From assembly GCA_049606355.1 (NCBI GenBank), contig JBMYVL010000001.1:60001-92000 (forward strand): DNA of 32,000 nucleotides. Direction: 5' to 3'. Positions 18,267 to 27,582 of the stretch are shown one piece after another. The translations under genes and the position numbers were made by a program. The notes under the pieces are model-generated. The model did not search any database, had not been told where the DNA came from, and was given only the letters and a program-made list of their open reading frames with translations. The stretch is from Opitutales bacterium. GTDB taxonomy: Bacteria; Verrucomicrobiota; Verrucomicrobiia; Opitutales; Coraliomargaritaceae. Each line of letters opens with the position of its first letter. Position 1 is the stretch's first letter.

Positions 18267-18872
18267 CTACTTGGCTAAATCATAAATGGCGTAGCCCGCC
18301 CGAAGATTCGGCCAAGACTTACAGGTCTGCCGCCAATCACCCTGCAAGTAGGCACGATCCTTCACGGTTATAGCGCGCGCCTCACAAAACGAATCAAACT
18401 CATGAATTGAAAATGGGTTGGTCGGATGCGTTTCGTACCATTTTTTTGGATACACTTCATTAAGGCTATGGCGCCCACGCAGAAGATAATTCACTCGGTT
18501 CTTCCAAAACCCGTGATTCACAAAACCCACCGTCACACGCTTTCCGACCCGTAATCCTTCATTTAAAATATGATCCGGCTCATCGAGTAGATCGACCGAA
18601 CGACTGAAAATAACTCGGTCAAAACTATCCGCGTCAAAACGTGACAAGATCGTTTTGACGTCCCCGTGGTAAGCAGTCACGCCCCGCTTGATACAGCTCA
18701 ATACTTTCTCAAACTCGACATCCACTCCGACGGCGTACACCGACTTGGTTTGCTGCAGGTACTCCAGCAACACACCGCGCCCGCAACCAAGATCCAGCAC
18801 GCGATCTCCCGGCTTCACCCATTGCGCGATAACCTGAAAGTCGACATGTCGTTTTTTGCTGCCTGGATTCAT
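18267..18872 (-). CDS. metW: Methionine biosynthesis protein MetW
   Basis: 201 aa with a SAM-MTase-like fold motif RVLDLGCGRGVLLEYL. It starts 5 nt downstream of metX, the usual metXW pairing. Confidence 0.9.
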   Translation of the reverse strand: MNPGSKKRHVDFQVIAQWVKPGDRVLDLGCGRGVLLEYLQQTKSVYAVGVDVEFEKVLSCIKRGVTAYHGDVKTILSRFDADSFDRVIFSRSVDLLDEPDHILNEGLRVGKRVTVGFVNHGFWKNRVNYLLRGRHSLNEVYPKKWYETHPTNPFSIHEFDSFCEARAITVKDRAYLQGDWRQTCKSWPNLRAGYAIYDLAK

Positions 18873-18877
18873 GGTGA

Positions 18878-20029
18878 TTATTTACGTGCGAGAAAGCAGC
18901 GAATCAACGCGTCCAACTTCGGGGAACACAGCAAAAATGAGTCATGCCCTGCATCCATTTCAAGCTCTACATAAGAGGCGTCTTTACCGAGGCGTAATAA
19001 GGCTTCGACGAGATCACGGTTCCCCTGCGGGGGATACAGCCAATCCGAAGTAAAGCCGACCACGAGTCCGGGCGCAGTCACGCTTTGCAAGGTCTCGTCC
19101 AACGCGCCGCTTTCGCCATATAAATCAAACCGATCCAGTGCCTTCGTTAAACAGAGGTAGGTATTCGCATCGAAGCGGGAGACGAAAGCTTGGCCCTGGT
19201 AGCGCAGGTAACTTTCGACCTCAAACTCGACATCAAAATTTTCAAAGTGTTCGTGCGCTTCCTGGTTGCGTCGTTTGCGCCCAAACCTCGCCTCCATGCC
19301 AGCCTCCGACAGGTAGGTAATGTGCGCCATCATGCGCGCGACGGAAAGACCCTGGGCCGGTTGCTCACCATCGGGGTAATCCCCTTGCATCCAGGCGGGG
19401 TCACTAATAATTGCTTGGCGACCGGTATCATTAAACGCAATCGCTTGCGCGTGGTGACGCGCGCAGCACGCCAGCGCGATGTAGCTTCCCACACGATCCG
19501 GGAAAGCCGTGGCCCACTGCATCGTCTGCATCCCGCCCATACTGCCACCGATCACACAGTGGAGTTGATCGATCCCCAGGTGATCGATGAGCAGAACTTG
19601 CGCTTTGACCATATCGCCGACAGTGAGCTTCGGGAAATCCTGATTGTAACGCTTCCCGGTACCCGGATGAGTCGATTCAGGCCCGGTCGATCCACTGCAG
19701 CCACCGAGGACATTGGAACAGATGACGAAATACTTCGAGGTGTCGATTGGCTTGCCCGGACCAATCATAAAATTCCACCAGCCCTGCTTGCGCTCATCCA
19801 TACTATACACCCCTGCGGCGTGGTGATTGCCCGTCAGTGCGTGGCAAATGAGGACCGCATTATCTTTCGCGGCATTCAGGTGCCCATAGGTCTCGTAACG
19901 CAGGGTCAACTCCGGGATCGTACCGCCAGACTCGAATTGGAAGGGTTGAGCAGACACAAAGTCCTGGTACTCGACAATACCCACCTCTCCCGCCTCGGAG
20001 ATTTGCATTGGCTGCTCAGAATCATTCAT
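18878..20029 (-). CDS. metX: Homoserine O-acetyltransferase
   Basis: 383 aa alpha/beta hydrolase with the nucleophile motif VIGGSMGGMQ. The conserved blocks NAVLICHALTGNHH and WWNFMIGPGKPIDT are present. Confidence 0.93.
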   Translation of the reverse strand: MNDSEQPMQISEAGEVGIVEYQDFVSAQPFQFESGGTIPELTLRYETYGHLNAAKDNAVLICHALTGNHHAAGVYSMDERKQGWWNFMIGPGKPIDTSKYFVICSNVLGGCSGSTGPESTHPGTGKRYNQDFPKLTVGDMVKAQVLLIDHLGIDQLHCVIGGSMGGMQTMQWATAFPDRVGSYIALACCARHHAQAIAFNDTGRQAIISDPAWMQGDYPDGEQPAQGLSVARMMAHITYLSEAGMEARFGRKRRNQEAHEHFENFDVEFEVESYLRYQGQAFVSRFDANTYLCLTKALDRFDLYGESGALDETLQSVTAPGLVVGFTSDWLYPPQGNRDLVEALLRLGKDASYVELEMDAGHDSFLLCSPKLDALIRCFLARK

Positions 20030-20132
20030 AGACGCACTGCTATGACTCGGCAGAGAGCAGCCCTAGTCAACCTTTATCCTTGAAGCGATTGTCGGAGCCG
20101 CCGGGCAGAACACATGCGCGGCACAAGATGCA

Positions 20133-21125
20133 TTAGGCCTCATCAAAACCATTCGGGTGGCTCTGGTGCCACTTCCACGCGGTCGCGATAATGTCTTTTA
20201 CGTTGGTATACTGGATTTGCCAGCCGAGCTCTTGCTGCGCTTTGGACGAATCCGCATACAGTGCCGGTGGATCTCCCGCGCGGCGGTCAGCTTCCACTAC
20301 CGGAACCTTCAATCCCGTAACTGCTTCGACTGCATCAATGATCTCACGGACGGAATTTGGCGTACCGGTACCGAGATTATAGAACAATCCGGTGCCGGGT
20401 GCCTCCAGCTTATCAAACACCGCAATGTGGGCACGCGACAAATCATCCACATGAACGTAGTCACGCAGACAGGTGCCGTCAGGTGTCGGGTAATCTGTGC
20501 CGAAAACCTTGATGTTTTCTCGGCGACCGGTCGCTGCATCAATCACCAAGGGGATCAAATGCGTCTCCGGATTGTGATCCTCACCAATCGAACCATCCTC
20601 CGCAGCACCGGCTGCATTAAAATAACGGAAGGCCGCGAAGCTCAAACCATACGCATGGGCAAACGCTTTGAGGCAATTCTCAACATCCAACTTGGTTTGC
20701 CCATATGGGTTGATCGGCGCCTGTGGCAGTGACTCCACCATGGGCAAGGTTTCCGGCTCGCCGTAGGTGGCACAGGTGGAGGAAAAGACGAACTTTTTGA
20801 CGTCGTTATCGAGCATCGTCTCGAGCAAGCGTAGCGTCGCGACAAAATTATTTTCATAATACTTGCGTGGCTCGGTAACGGATTCGCCGACATAGGCAAA
20901 CGCCGCAAAATGCATCACCAGCTCTATTGCTTCATTCTTGAGAATCTGCGCGACCGCCTCGCAATCGCCCAAGTCACAATCATAAAACGGAATCGACTCG
21001 GCAACCGCCTGGCGATGGCCAAAGACGAGATTGTCCAGCACCACAGGGCGGTGCCCCGCCGCCTGTAATTGTCGCACACAATGGCTACCGATGTAGCCAG
21101 CACCACCTACTACTAATACGTTCAT
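20133..21125 (-). CDS. galE: UDP-glucose 4-epimerase
   Basis: 330 aa SDR with the Rossmann motif VLVVGGAGYIGSH and catalytic YGQTK. The C-terminal GalE-type block is RAGDPPALYADSSKAQQELGW. Confidence 0.92.
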   Translation of the reverse strand: MNVLVVGGAGYIGSHCVRQLQAAGHRPVVLDNLVFGHRQAVAESIPFYDCDLGDCEAVAQILKNEAIELVMHFAAFAYVGESVTEPRKYYENNFVATLRLLETMLDNDVKKFVFSSTCATYGEPETLPMVESLPQAPINPYGQTKLDVENCLKAFAHAYGLSFAAFRYFNAAGAAEDGSIGEDHNPETHLIPLVIDAATGRRENIKVFGTDYPTPDGTCLRDYVHVDDLSRAHIAVFDKLEAPGTGLFYNLGTGTPNSVREIIDAVEAVTGLKVPVVEADRRAGDPPALYADSSKAQQELGWQIQYTNVKDIIATAWKWHQSHPNGFDEA

Positions 21126-21277
21126 ACTAAGTGTTGTGCGAGCGGCTGCCCGCGCTGTCGAAAATAAAATAAGGGCAGCGACGCTTTATTTTCAGGATTC
21201 TCCATTTGCAGAATTCGCAGGGCTTTACATGGTTGACAGCTGCACGACTGCCCGTGCTATTGCTTCACCCTTTAACC

Positions 21278-22513
21278 ATGCAGCAAACGCGTATCGTCAT
21301 AACAGGCGTGGGCCTGACCTCTCCCAACGGCAATACACTCGAGGAGTACCGTAAAAACCTCCTCGAAGGTGTTGCGGGCGTGCAGCTTATTGACATGCGC
21401 TACATGGGCGAAGTGCCGGCTGGGGTGTGCGATTTTGATCCTAAGAAATACCAAACGCGCAAGGAATTACGGGTCGGCACCCGTGCCGGCAGTATCGCAA
21501 TTTACGCGGCTCACGAAGCGATTGCCCATAGCGGTATCGATTTCGCAACTTTTGACAAAACTCGCATCGGCGTCTATGTCGGGACGACCGAGCATGGTAA
21601 TGTGGAGACTGAAAACGAGGTCTACAATATCTCCAAATTTGACTACGATACCAAATTTTGGACACACCACCACAACCCGCGTACGGTTGCCAATAACCCC
21701 GCCGGCGAAATCACCATCAATATGGGAATCACGGGGCCGCACTACACGATTGGTGCCGCCTGTGCTGCCGGGAATGCAGGGCTCATCCAAGCTGTGCAAA
21801 TGTTACGCCTCGGCGAGGTGGATCTCGCGCTTGCGGGCGGCGTGAGTGAGAGCATTCAGTCGTTCGGAATTTTCGCCGGCTTCAAAAGTCAGGGCGCACT
21901 CGGCAGCCATGATGATATCAATAAAGCCAGCCGCCCCTTTGACAAAAGCCGCAACGGCATCGTCGTCTCTGAAGGCGGCGCCATTTATACCTTGGAACGC
22001 CTCGACGATGCACTGGCGCGCAACGCGAACATTCTTGGAGAAATCATCGGCTACCGCATCAATTCGGATGCGAGTGACTACGTATTGCCGAACCCGGAGC
22101 GCCAGGCGGAGTGCATGCGTGCTGCACTAGACAATGCCGGGCTGAGTGCCCATGAGGTCGATTTGGTGAATACTCACGCGACCTCAACCCCTCAAGGCGA
22201 CATCCAAGAGTGCAAGGCGATCGCCGAGGTGTTTGGCTCGAGTCCGACGACTTACATCAATAACACCAAGAGCTTTATCGGGCATGCGATGGGCGCCGCC
22301 GGGGCGCTGGAGCTAGCCGGAAATCTACCCTCTTTTCAGGATCACATCATCCACCCGACCATCAATGTCGATGAACTGGACCCTGAATGTGCCCTCGCTA
22401 ATCTTGTAATAAACGAACCGCGCAAGGTTGACGCGGTGAAAGTTATCCTCAACAACTCCTTTGGTATGCTTGGGATCAACTCTGCGCTGATTGTGCGCAA
22501 TTTTGAAAACTAA
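21278..22513 (+). CDS. Beta-ketoacyl-[ACP] synthase family protein (KAS I/II-like, elongating type)
   Basis: The ATG at 21278 gives MQQTRIVITGVGLTSPNG. The Cys-His-His triad contexts are present: IGAACAAGNAG, NTHATSTPQGD and FIGHAMGAAGALE. The ORF-track start at 21206 adds an unlikely 24-aa extension. Confidence 0.9.
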   Translation: MQQTRIVITGVGLTSPNGNTLEEYRKNLLEGVAGVQLIDMRYMGEVPAGVCDFDPKKYQTRKELRVGTRAGSIAIYAAHEAIAHSGIDFATFDKTRIGVYVGTTEHGNVETENEVYNISKFDYDTKFWTHHHNPRTVANNPAGEITINMGITGPHYTIGAACAAGNAGLIQAVQMLRLGEVDLALAGGVSESIQSFGIFAGFKSQGALGSHDDINKASRPFDKSRNGIVVSEGGAIYTLERLDDALARNANILGEIIGYRINSDASDYVLPNPERQAECMRAALDNAGLSAHEVDLVNTHATSTPQGDIQECKAIAEVFGSSPTTYINNTKSFIGHAMGAAGALELAGNLPSFQDHIIHPTINVDELDPECALANLVINEPRKVDAVKVILNNSFGMLGINSALIVRNFEN

Positions 22514-22550
22514 GCCATTTCCCAATCCATCGGCACCGCGCCATTTTAAC

Positions 22551-22802
<252 letters not shown>

Positions 22803-22828
22803 CTGGTAACACCCTTTCCATTCAACAA

Positions 22829-22855
22829 GTCGAGGTCCACAGGCCTCGACTTTTT
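22829..22855 (+). terminator. Rho-independent terminator between the ACP gene and the flavoenzyme gene
   Basis: GTCGAGG (22829-22835) pairs with CCTCGAC (22844-22850), plus two further C-G pairs after one mismatch. A TTTTT run follows at 22851-22855. Confidence 0.7.
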
Positions 22856-22869
22856 AGTCGCACCATCCC

Positions 22870-24312
22870 ATGCCCACCGAAGGACTCGACAACCAGCACT
22901 TTGAGACGGTCGTCATCGGCGCAGGAATGGCTGGCTTAGCAGCTGGCATACGTCTGGCACTGGCAGGCAAAGCCGTTATTCTGCTTGAGCGCCACAATGC
23001 TTCCGGCGGGCTGAATTCCTTCTACAGTATTGACGGGCGAAAATATGACGTGGGCCTGCACGCGTTGACCAACTATGTGGCGAAAGGCACTAAAGGCACG
23101 CCGCTGGCAAAGCTTCTGCGCCAACTGCGGATCCCTTACGATGCCCTCGATCTCTGTCCACAGTTCGGCTCCAGGATCGCCTTCCCTGGCCACCAGCTGA
23201 AATTTTCGAATGATTTCGCATTGCTCGAAGCGGAAGTGGCCCGCGCCTTTCCCCGCGAAATCGACGGCTTCCGAGCCTTGGTGCAGGAAATTCGCGAACT
23301 GGATGCCTTTAACTTAAACGCACGGCGCGTTTCAGCACGCTTAGCGGTAAAGCGCCACATTAACGACACCACCTTGGAGGATATGCTCTTTTGCCCAGTG
23401 ATGTACTACGGAAGCGCCGAAGAGCATGACATGGATTTTGGGCAATTCGCGATCATGTTCCGCTCGCTGTTTTTTGAGGGCTTCGCGCGCCCCTTCGAAG
23501 GGGTACGCAGGATCATTCGCTTACTACAGAACAAGTACCGCGAATTGGGCGGCCAGCGTCGCATGAAATGCGGCATCCGCAAAATTCATACCGATGGCAC
23601 ACGCGCCACCGCCCTTACACTCGACAACGGGGAGCGAATCACCGCCGATAAGATCCTCTCGACCGCGGGTGTGGTTGAAACCCTGCGGCTCTGTGACGAC
23701 CAAGCGGAGGACAGCGCCGCCGACAATATCGGCCGGCTGAGTTTCACCGAAACGATCACGGTACTGGATCAACAACCGCGAGATCTCGGCTGGGATGATA
23801 CCATTATTTTTTTCAACACACGGGAGCGCTTTCACTACGCCGCCGTTGAGGATGCCTTGGTTGACCCCAGCAGCGGGGTGATTTGTCTGCCCAATAATTA
23901 CGACTACGGCTTACGACAACTTGACGAAGGCTTGCTGCGAATCACCGCGATGGCCAATCACGATCGATGGTGCGCCCTCGATGCAACTGCCTATCAGGCG
24001 GAAAAAGACCATTGGTATGCGGAACTGCAAAAAGTTGCGCTGCAGATTTTACCTGATTTGCCCAATGGCGATGGGGCTGCGCCGCTGGATGCCCATTGCA
24101 TCGCCAAAGATATGTTCACCCCACGCACCGTCCGTAAGTATACCGGTCACCTCAATGGCGCGATCTACGGAGCCCCGAAAAAAAGCAAAGAAGGCCGGAC
24201 GCACTTGCAGAATCTTTACCTCGCGGGCACCGATCAAGGCTTTCTGGGCATCATCGGTGCGATGCTCAGCGGGATATCGATGACTAACCTGCACCTGCTG
24301 CAGGACCGCTGA
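22870..24312 (+). CDS. NAD(P)/FAD-dependent oxidoreductase, phytoene-desaturase/amine-oxidase (CrtI-like) family
   Basis: 480 aa. The N-terminal dinucleotide fold is VVIGAGMAGLAAGIRLALAGKAVILLERHNASGG. A C-terminal FAD-contact-like block LYLAGTDQGFLGIIGAMLSG is present. Confidence 0.85.
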   Translation: MPTEGLDNQHFETVVIGAGMAGLAAGIRLALAGKAVILLERHNASGGLNSFYSIDGRKYDVGLHALTNYVAKGTKGTPLAKLLRQLRIPYDALDLCPQFGSRIAFPGHQLKFSNDFALLEAEVARAFPREIDGFRALVQEIRELDAFNLNARRVSARLAVKRHINDTTLEDMLFCPVMYYGSAEEHDMDFGQFAIMFRSLFFEGFARPFEGVRRIIRLLQNKYRELGGQRRMKCGIRKIHTDGTRATALTLDNGERITADKILSTAGVVETLRLCDDQAEDSAADNIGRLSFTETITVLDQQPRDLGWDDTIIFFNTRERFHYAAVEDALVDPSSGVICLPNNYDYGLRQLDEGLLRITAMANHDRWCALDATAYQAEKDHWYAELQKVALQILPDLPNGDGAAPLDAHCIAKDMFTPRTVRKYTGHLNGAIYGAPKKSKEGRTHLQNLYLAGTDQGFLGIIGAMLSGISMTNLHLLQDR

Positions 24313-24651
24313 TCAGCCTGGAGGCCACGCCATCGGGCGGCCTCCCAATACGTGCACGTGCAGGTGCGGCACGGTTTCGCCCCCATCGGAACCATTATTG
24401 ATCACGATGCGGTAGCCACCCGCCAAGCGGAGGGAATCCGCCACCTTGGCAGCAGTGAGCAGCAAATGCCCGAGTAAGGCTTGGTCAGCAACCTGCGCAA
24501 CGGCGATACGCGCCAATGGCTTCTTAGGAATCACCAACAAATGCGTAGGGGCCTGTGGATCGACATCATGGATAGCAATGCAGTCCGTATCCTCATACTC
24601 GATTCTGGCTGGGATTTCACGGGCAATGATACGTTCGAATAGAGTACTCAT
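24313..24651 (-). CDS. Histidine triad (HIT) family nucleotide-binding protein
   Basis: The ATG at 24651 gives MSTLFERIIAREIPA. The HIT motif is VPHLHVHVLGG. The protein is 112 aa; the ORF-track start at 24714 adds an unlikely extension. Confidence 0.9.
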   Translation of the reverse strand: MSTLFERIIAREIPARIEYEDTDCIAIHDVDPQAPTHLLVIPKKPLARIAVAQVADQALLGHLLLTAAKVADSLRLAGGYRIVINNGSDGGETVPHLHVHVLGGRPMAWPPG

Positions 24652-24665
24652 GGTTCCACTCTCAT

Positions 24666-25169
24666 TTACAAAATCACCACTTGCAACTGCGATTCGCGGG
24701 AGGCCCAAGCGCAAGCCAGCTCATTAATCCAATCACGCACGCGCTGGTATTGCGTTTCCCGCGCGGCCGTCCAGCGACGCCCTTCGGGGCAAATCGCTTC
24801 GCGCAAACCCGTTACTAGAAGTAACGCCGCACGACGCCCTGCGAGTTTTTTCATTTCCGCAACAATGGCTTGGCGTATCCACAAGGGACTGCTGGCTTCG
24901 CCGCTCGGCACATGCCAATGACTGTACGCCAAATCACTCAAAGCAGATTCGCCCAGATGGAGCCGCGCCAATATCGCCGCGCCAGCCTGTAATGAGACCT
25001 TACTCCCTGCCTGGCGCCCCTCTTCGTGATCATAAAAATCCAGTGCCCGACGTGCATGTTCCGCCTGCTCAGGGTCCGAAGCGCCGACCCGTGCAAATAG
25101 CTCATTTAGACTGCGTAATTGCTCAAGCGGATTCGGTTTGGCCATTCTCAGTCGAGTCTTTGAGGGCAT
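24666..25169 (-). CDS. Hypothetical protein (no family recognised)
   Basis: This 167-aa ORF exactly fills the gap between nrdR and the HIT gene on the same strand. ATG starts at 25169 and 25145 both lie inside the 3' end of nrdR, giving overlaps of 47 or 23 nt. I found no recognisable motif, TM segment or signal peptide. Confidence 0.55.
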   Translation of the reverse strand: MPSKTRLRMAKPNPLEQLRSLNELFARVGASDPEQAEHARRALDFYDHEEGRQAGSKVSLQAGAAILARLHLGESALSDLAYSHWHVPSGEASSPLWIRQAIVAEMKKLAGRRAALLLVTGLREAICPEGRRWTAARETQYQRVRDWINELACAWASRESQLQVVIL

Positions 25170-25602
25170 TCACTTCCTGCGCCAACGCAGAGATATCACG
25201 GAAGTCTTTGTACACCGAGGCATAGCGAACATAGGCAATCTGGTCCAAATGCTTGAGTCGGCTCATGATTTGTTCCCCAATCGCTTTGGAGGGGATCTCG
25301 TGGTCAAACTCCTTCTCCAGCGCCGCGAGGACATCCGCTATAAGCATCTCAATCTGCATGACATCGATCGGTCGCTTCTCCACCGCCTTCTTCAATCCGC
25401 CGAGCATCTTACCGCGATCAAAATCTTCGCGGCGACCATCGCGCTTGACCACCTGTAAGTCCGCTCGCAGCACTTCCTCAATCGTGGTAAAACGATGCCC
25501 GCACTCCAGGCACTCCCGACGCCGCCGGATGGACGTTTCATTTTTACTCGTACGAGTGTCCAACACCTTGGTATCGGCCGATGTGCATTTGGGGCAGCGC
25601 AT
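25123..25602 (-). CDS. nrdR: Transcriptional repressor NrdR
   Basis: The ATG at 25602 gives [17 protein letters not shown]...[17 protein letters not shown], a zinc ribbon. An ATP-cone follows ([16 protein letters not shown]...[11 protein letters not shown]). The protein is 159 aa. Confidence 0.93.
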   Translation of the reverse strand: MRCPKCTSADTKVLDTRTSKNETSIRRRRECLECGHRFTTIEEVLRADLQVVKRDGRREDFDRGKMLGGLKKAVEKRPIDVMQIEMLIADVLAALEKEFDHEIPSKAIGEQIMSRLKHLDQIAYVRYASVYKDFRDISALAQEVNALKDSTENGQTESA

Positions 25603-25652
25603 AGTTGAAGAAAGGAAATTAGCGACGTACGCAGATGAATTACGTCTGCCAC

Positions 25653-25698
25653 ATACTAAATACAGCAAAACAACGCGCGCAACCCCTATATTTAGTGA
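25653..25698 (-). promoter_or_regulatory. Two NrdR-box-like sites in tandem upstream of nrdR
   Basis: The minus strand reads tcaCTAAATATAGggg (25698-25683) and ttgCTGTATTTAGtat (25668-25653). By hand alignment these match 12/16 and 10/16 positions of the NrdR-box consensus acaCwAtATaTwGtgt. The centres are 30 bp apart, and the sites lie 51-96 nt upstream of the nrdR ATG. Confidence 0.3.
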
Positions 25699-25740
25699 AT
25701 CCGCTCAAGCGAATCCATATCTAGCGGCATGGTTGGGCCG

Positions 25741-26304
25741 CTAGAGCTTTAGGAAATTTTCCAGCAGACGCATGCCATCCTGGGTCGCGATCGATTCGGG
25801 GTGAAACTGTACCCCCCATACGGGCAAGTTTTTGTGGGCGAGCCCCATAATCTCCCCCTCCTGAGTCTCCGCAGTTACTTGTAAACAGTCCGGCAAGCTC
25901 TCCCGCTCGACCAGCAGTGAATGATAGCGCGTGGCCTCCATCGGGTTCGGCAGGCCCTTAAACAGGTCGGTATTTTGATGTCTTACGGGGCTGGTCTTAC
26001 CATGCATCAGACGACTGGCTGGCACCACCTTCCCGCCGAAATGCTGCCCAATACTCTGATGCCCTAAACAAACCCCCAAAAGCGGGATTTTACCGGCAAA
26101 GGCAGCGATCATCTCTAGACTGACGCCGGCTTCATTGGGCGAACAGGGCCCCGGTGAGATCATGATTCGATCGGGCTTGAGCGCGCGCGCTTGGTCGACG
26201 GTAATCGCATCGTTACGGTAGACCTGTTGCGCCACTCCGAGTTGACCAAAATACTGTACCAAATTGTAGGTAAAAGAGTCGTAGTTATCGATGACCAGTA
26301 GCAT
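25741..26304 (-). CDS. trpG: Anthranilate/aminodeoxychorismate synthase component II (class I glutamine amidotransferase)
   Basis: 187 aa. It starts [18 protein letters not shown], has the catalytic Cys in LLGVCLGHQ and the His in VQFHPES. TrpG versus PabA cannot be resolved from sequence alone. Confidence 0.9.
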   Translation of the reverse strand: MLLVIDNYDSFTYNLVQYFGQLGVAQQVYRNDAITVDQARALKPDRIMISPGPCSPNEAGVSLEMIAAFAGKIPLLGVCLGHQSIGQHFGGKVVPASRLMHGKTSPVRHQNTDLFKGLPNPMEATRYHSLLVERESLPDCLQVTAETQEGEIMGLAHKNLPVWGVQFHPESIATQDGMRLLENFLKL

Positions 26305-26321
26305 AGCGTCTCTTTAAGTTC

Positions 26322-27551
26322 TCAGCTTTCGGCGCCACCGAGTAAGCGCGCGGCTTCTTGGACATCCTTATCACCGCGTCCACTGAGATTTCCGATAATG
26401 ATTTGATCAGCGGGCAACTCGCGCGCCCGCCGCATGGTATAAGCGATGCCATGCGCAGATTCCAAGGCCGGCACAATCCCTTCAACCGCGCAGAGATCCT
26501 GAAAGGCCTGTAGCGCCTCGGCATCGGTCGCGTAGCCGAAATCAATCCGCCCCTGCTCCTTGTAGTACGCATGTTCCGGCCCGACCGCGGCATAATCAAG
26601 CCCTGCGGAGACCGAGTGCGTCAGGTCAATTTGACCCTCTGCATCCTGCAAGATCCAGGTCTTGGCGCCTTGCAAAACACCGAGGCGCCCACCGGCAAAG
26701 CGTGCCGCATGGTGCCCGCGGGTAATTTCGCGTCCTCCCGCCTCGACGCCGGTCAGGCGCACGTTCAGATCCTTCAAGAAGGCGAAGAAAATACCAATTG
26801 CATTGGAGCCGCCACCCACACAGGCCGCCACTTCATCGGGTAGGCGCCCTTCCTTCTCGAGAATCTGACGTTTGCACTCTTCACCGATCACACGGTGAAA
26901 ATCCCGTACCATCATCGGAAATGGGTGCGCGCCGAGCGCGGAGCCAATAATATAGTGCGTGTGGCGCACATTGGTGACCCAGTCACGCATCGCCTCATTG
27001 ACCGCCTCCTTAAGCGTTTTTTGCCCGGCGGACACGCCACGCACTTCAGCGCCACACAGGCGCATGCGAAAAACATTGAGCGCTTGGCGGCGCATGTCCT
27101 CTTCGCCCATATAAATTACGCATTCAAAACCCATCTTGGCGCACATTGCCGCCGTCGCGATGCCGTGCTGCCCCGCCCCAGTTTCGGCAATAATACGCGT
27201 CTTTCCCATGCGCTTGGCGATTAACGCCTGGCCCAGCGCATTGTTGATTTTGTGGGCCCCCGTGTGAAGTAAGTCTTCGCGCTTCAGATAAATCTTCGCG
27301 CCACCACAGTGCTCAGTCAGGCGTTCCGCAAAGTAAAGATTCGTGGGGCGGCCGGCGAATTCCCGGAGTTGAAAATCGAGCTCTTGCTGAAATTGTGGAT
27401 CTTTGCGCGCGGCATGGTACGCCTCGGTCAGTTCGAACAGCGGCGTCATCAAAGTCTCCGGAACATACATGCCCCCATAGTCACCGAAATGCCCACGGGC
27501 ATCCGGCAGCTCGGTCGGATCAACTGCAAGTTTAGGTCGTGCGCTGTGCAT
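26322..27551 (-). CDS. trpB: Tryptophan synthase beta chain
   Basis: The ATG at 27551 gives MHSARPK...[15 protein letters not shown]. The PLP lysine context is HTGAHKINN, and GGGSNAIG is present. The protein is 409 aa. The ORF-track start at 27776 would overlap kdsB. Confidence 0.93.
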   Translation of the reverse strand: MHSARPKLAVDPTELPDARGHFGDYGGMYVPETLMTPLFELTEAYHAARKDPQFQQELDFQLREFAGRPTNLYFAERLTEHCGGAKIYLKREDLLHTGAHKINNALGQALIAKRMGKTRIIAETGAGQHGIATAAMCAKMGFECVIYMGEEDMRRQALNVFRMRLCGAEVRGVSAGQKTLKEAVNEAMRDWVTNVRHTHYIIGSALGAHPFPMMVRDFHRVIGEECKRQILEKEGRLPDEVAACVGGGSNAIGIFFAFLKDLNVRLTGVEAGGREITRGHHAARFAGGRLGVLQGAKTWILQDAEGQIDLTHSVSAGLDYAAVGPEHAYYKEQGRIDFGYATDAEALQAFQDLCAVEGIVPALESAHGIAYTMRRARELPADQIIIGNLSGRGDKDVQEAARLLGGAES

Positions 27552-27582
27552 GGGTGAATACGGTTGCCGGAAAGCAGCTTTG

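Noticed and set aside
19190-20083. 297-aa plus-strand ORF. Similar long ORFs occur at 7496-8071 (-), 20157-20732 (+), 9439-9999 (+), 21369-21845 (+), 15695-16209 (-) and 11945-12355 (-).
   Set aside because: All lie antisense to or out of frame with strongly supported genes (metX, pilC-like, galE, ABC exporter, KS, RND pump, OMF). Their translations are Arg/Ser/Pro-rich and low-complexity, typical of shadow ORFs in GC-rich DNA.
20030-20132. SAM riboswitch upstream of metX-metW.
   Set aside because: The spacer to the galE stop is only 103 nt. I could not find SAM-I, SAM-II or SAM-V conserved cores (e.g. the AAAGCU-type pseudoknot element) or convincing helices. A covariance-model scan (Rfam RF00162, RF00521, RF01826) would settle it.
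24310-24315. Convergent flavoenzyme and HIT genes abut with back-to-back stop codons (TGA|TCA) and no intergenic terminator.
   Set aside because: This is a real but trivial packing feature, and no structured element is present. Noted only for annotation accuracy.
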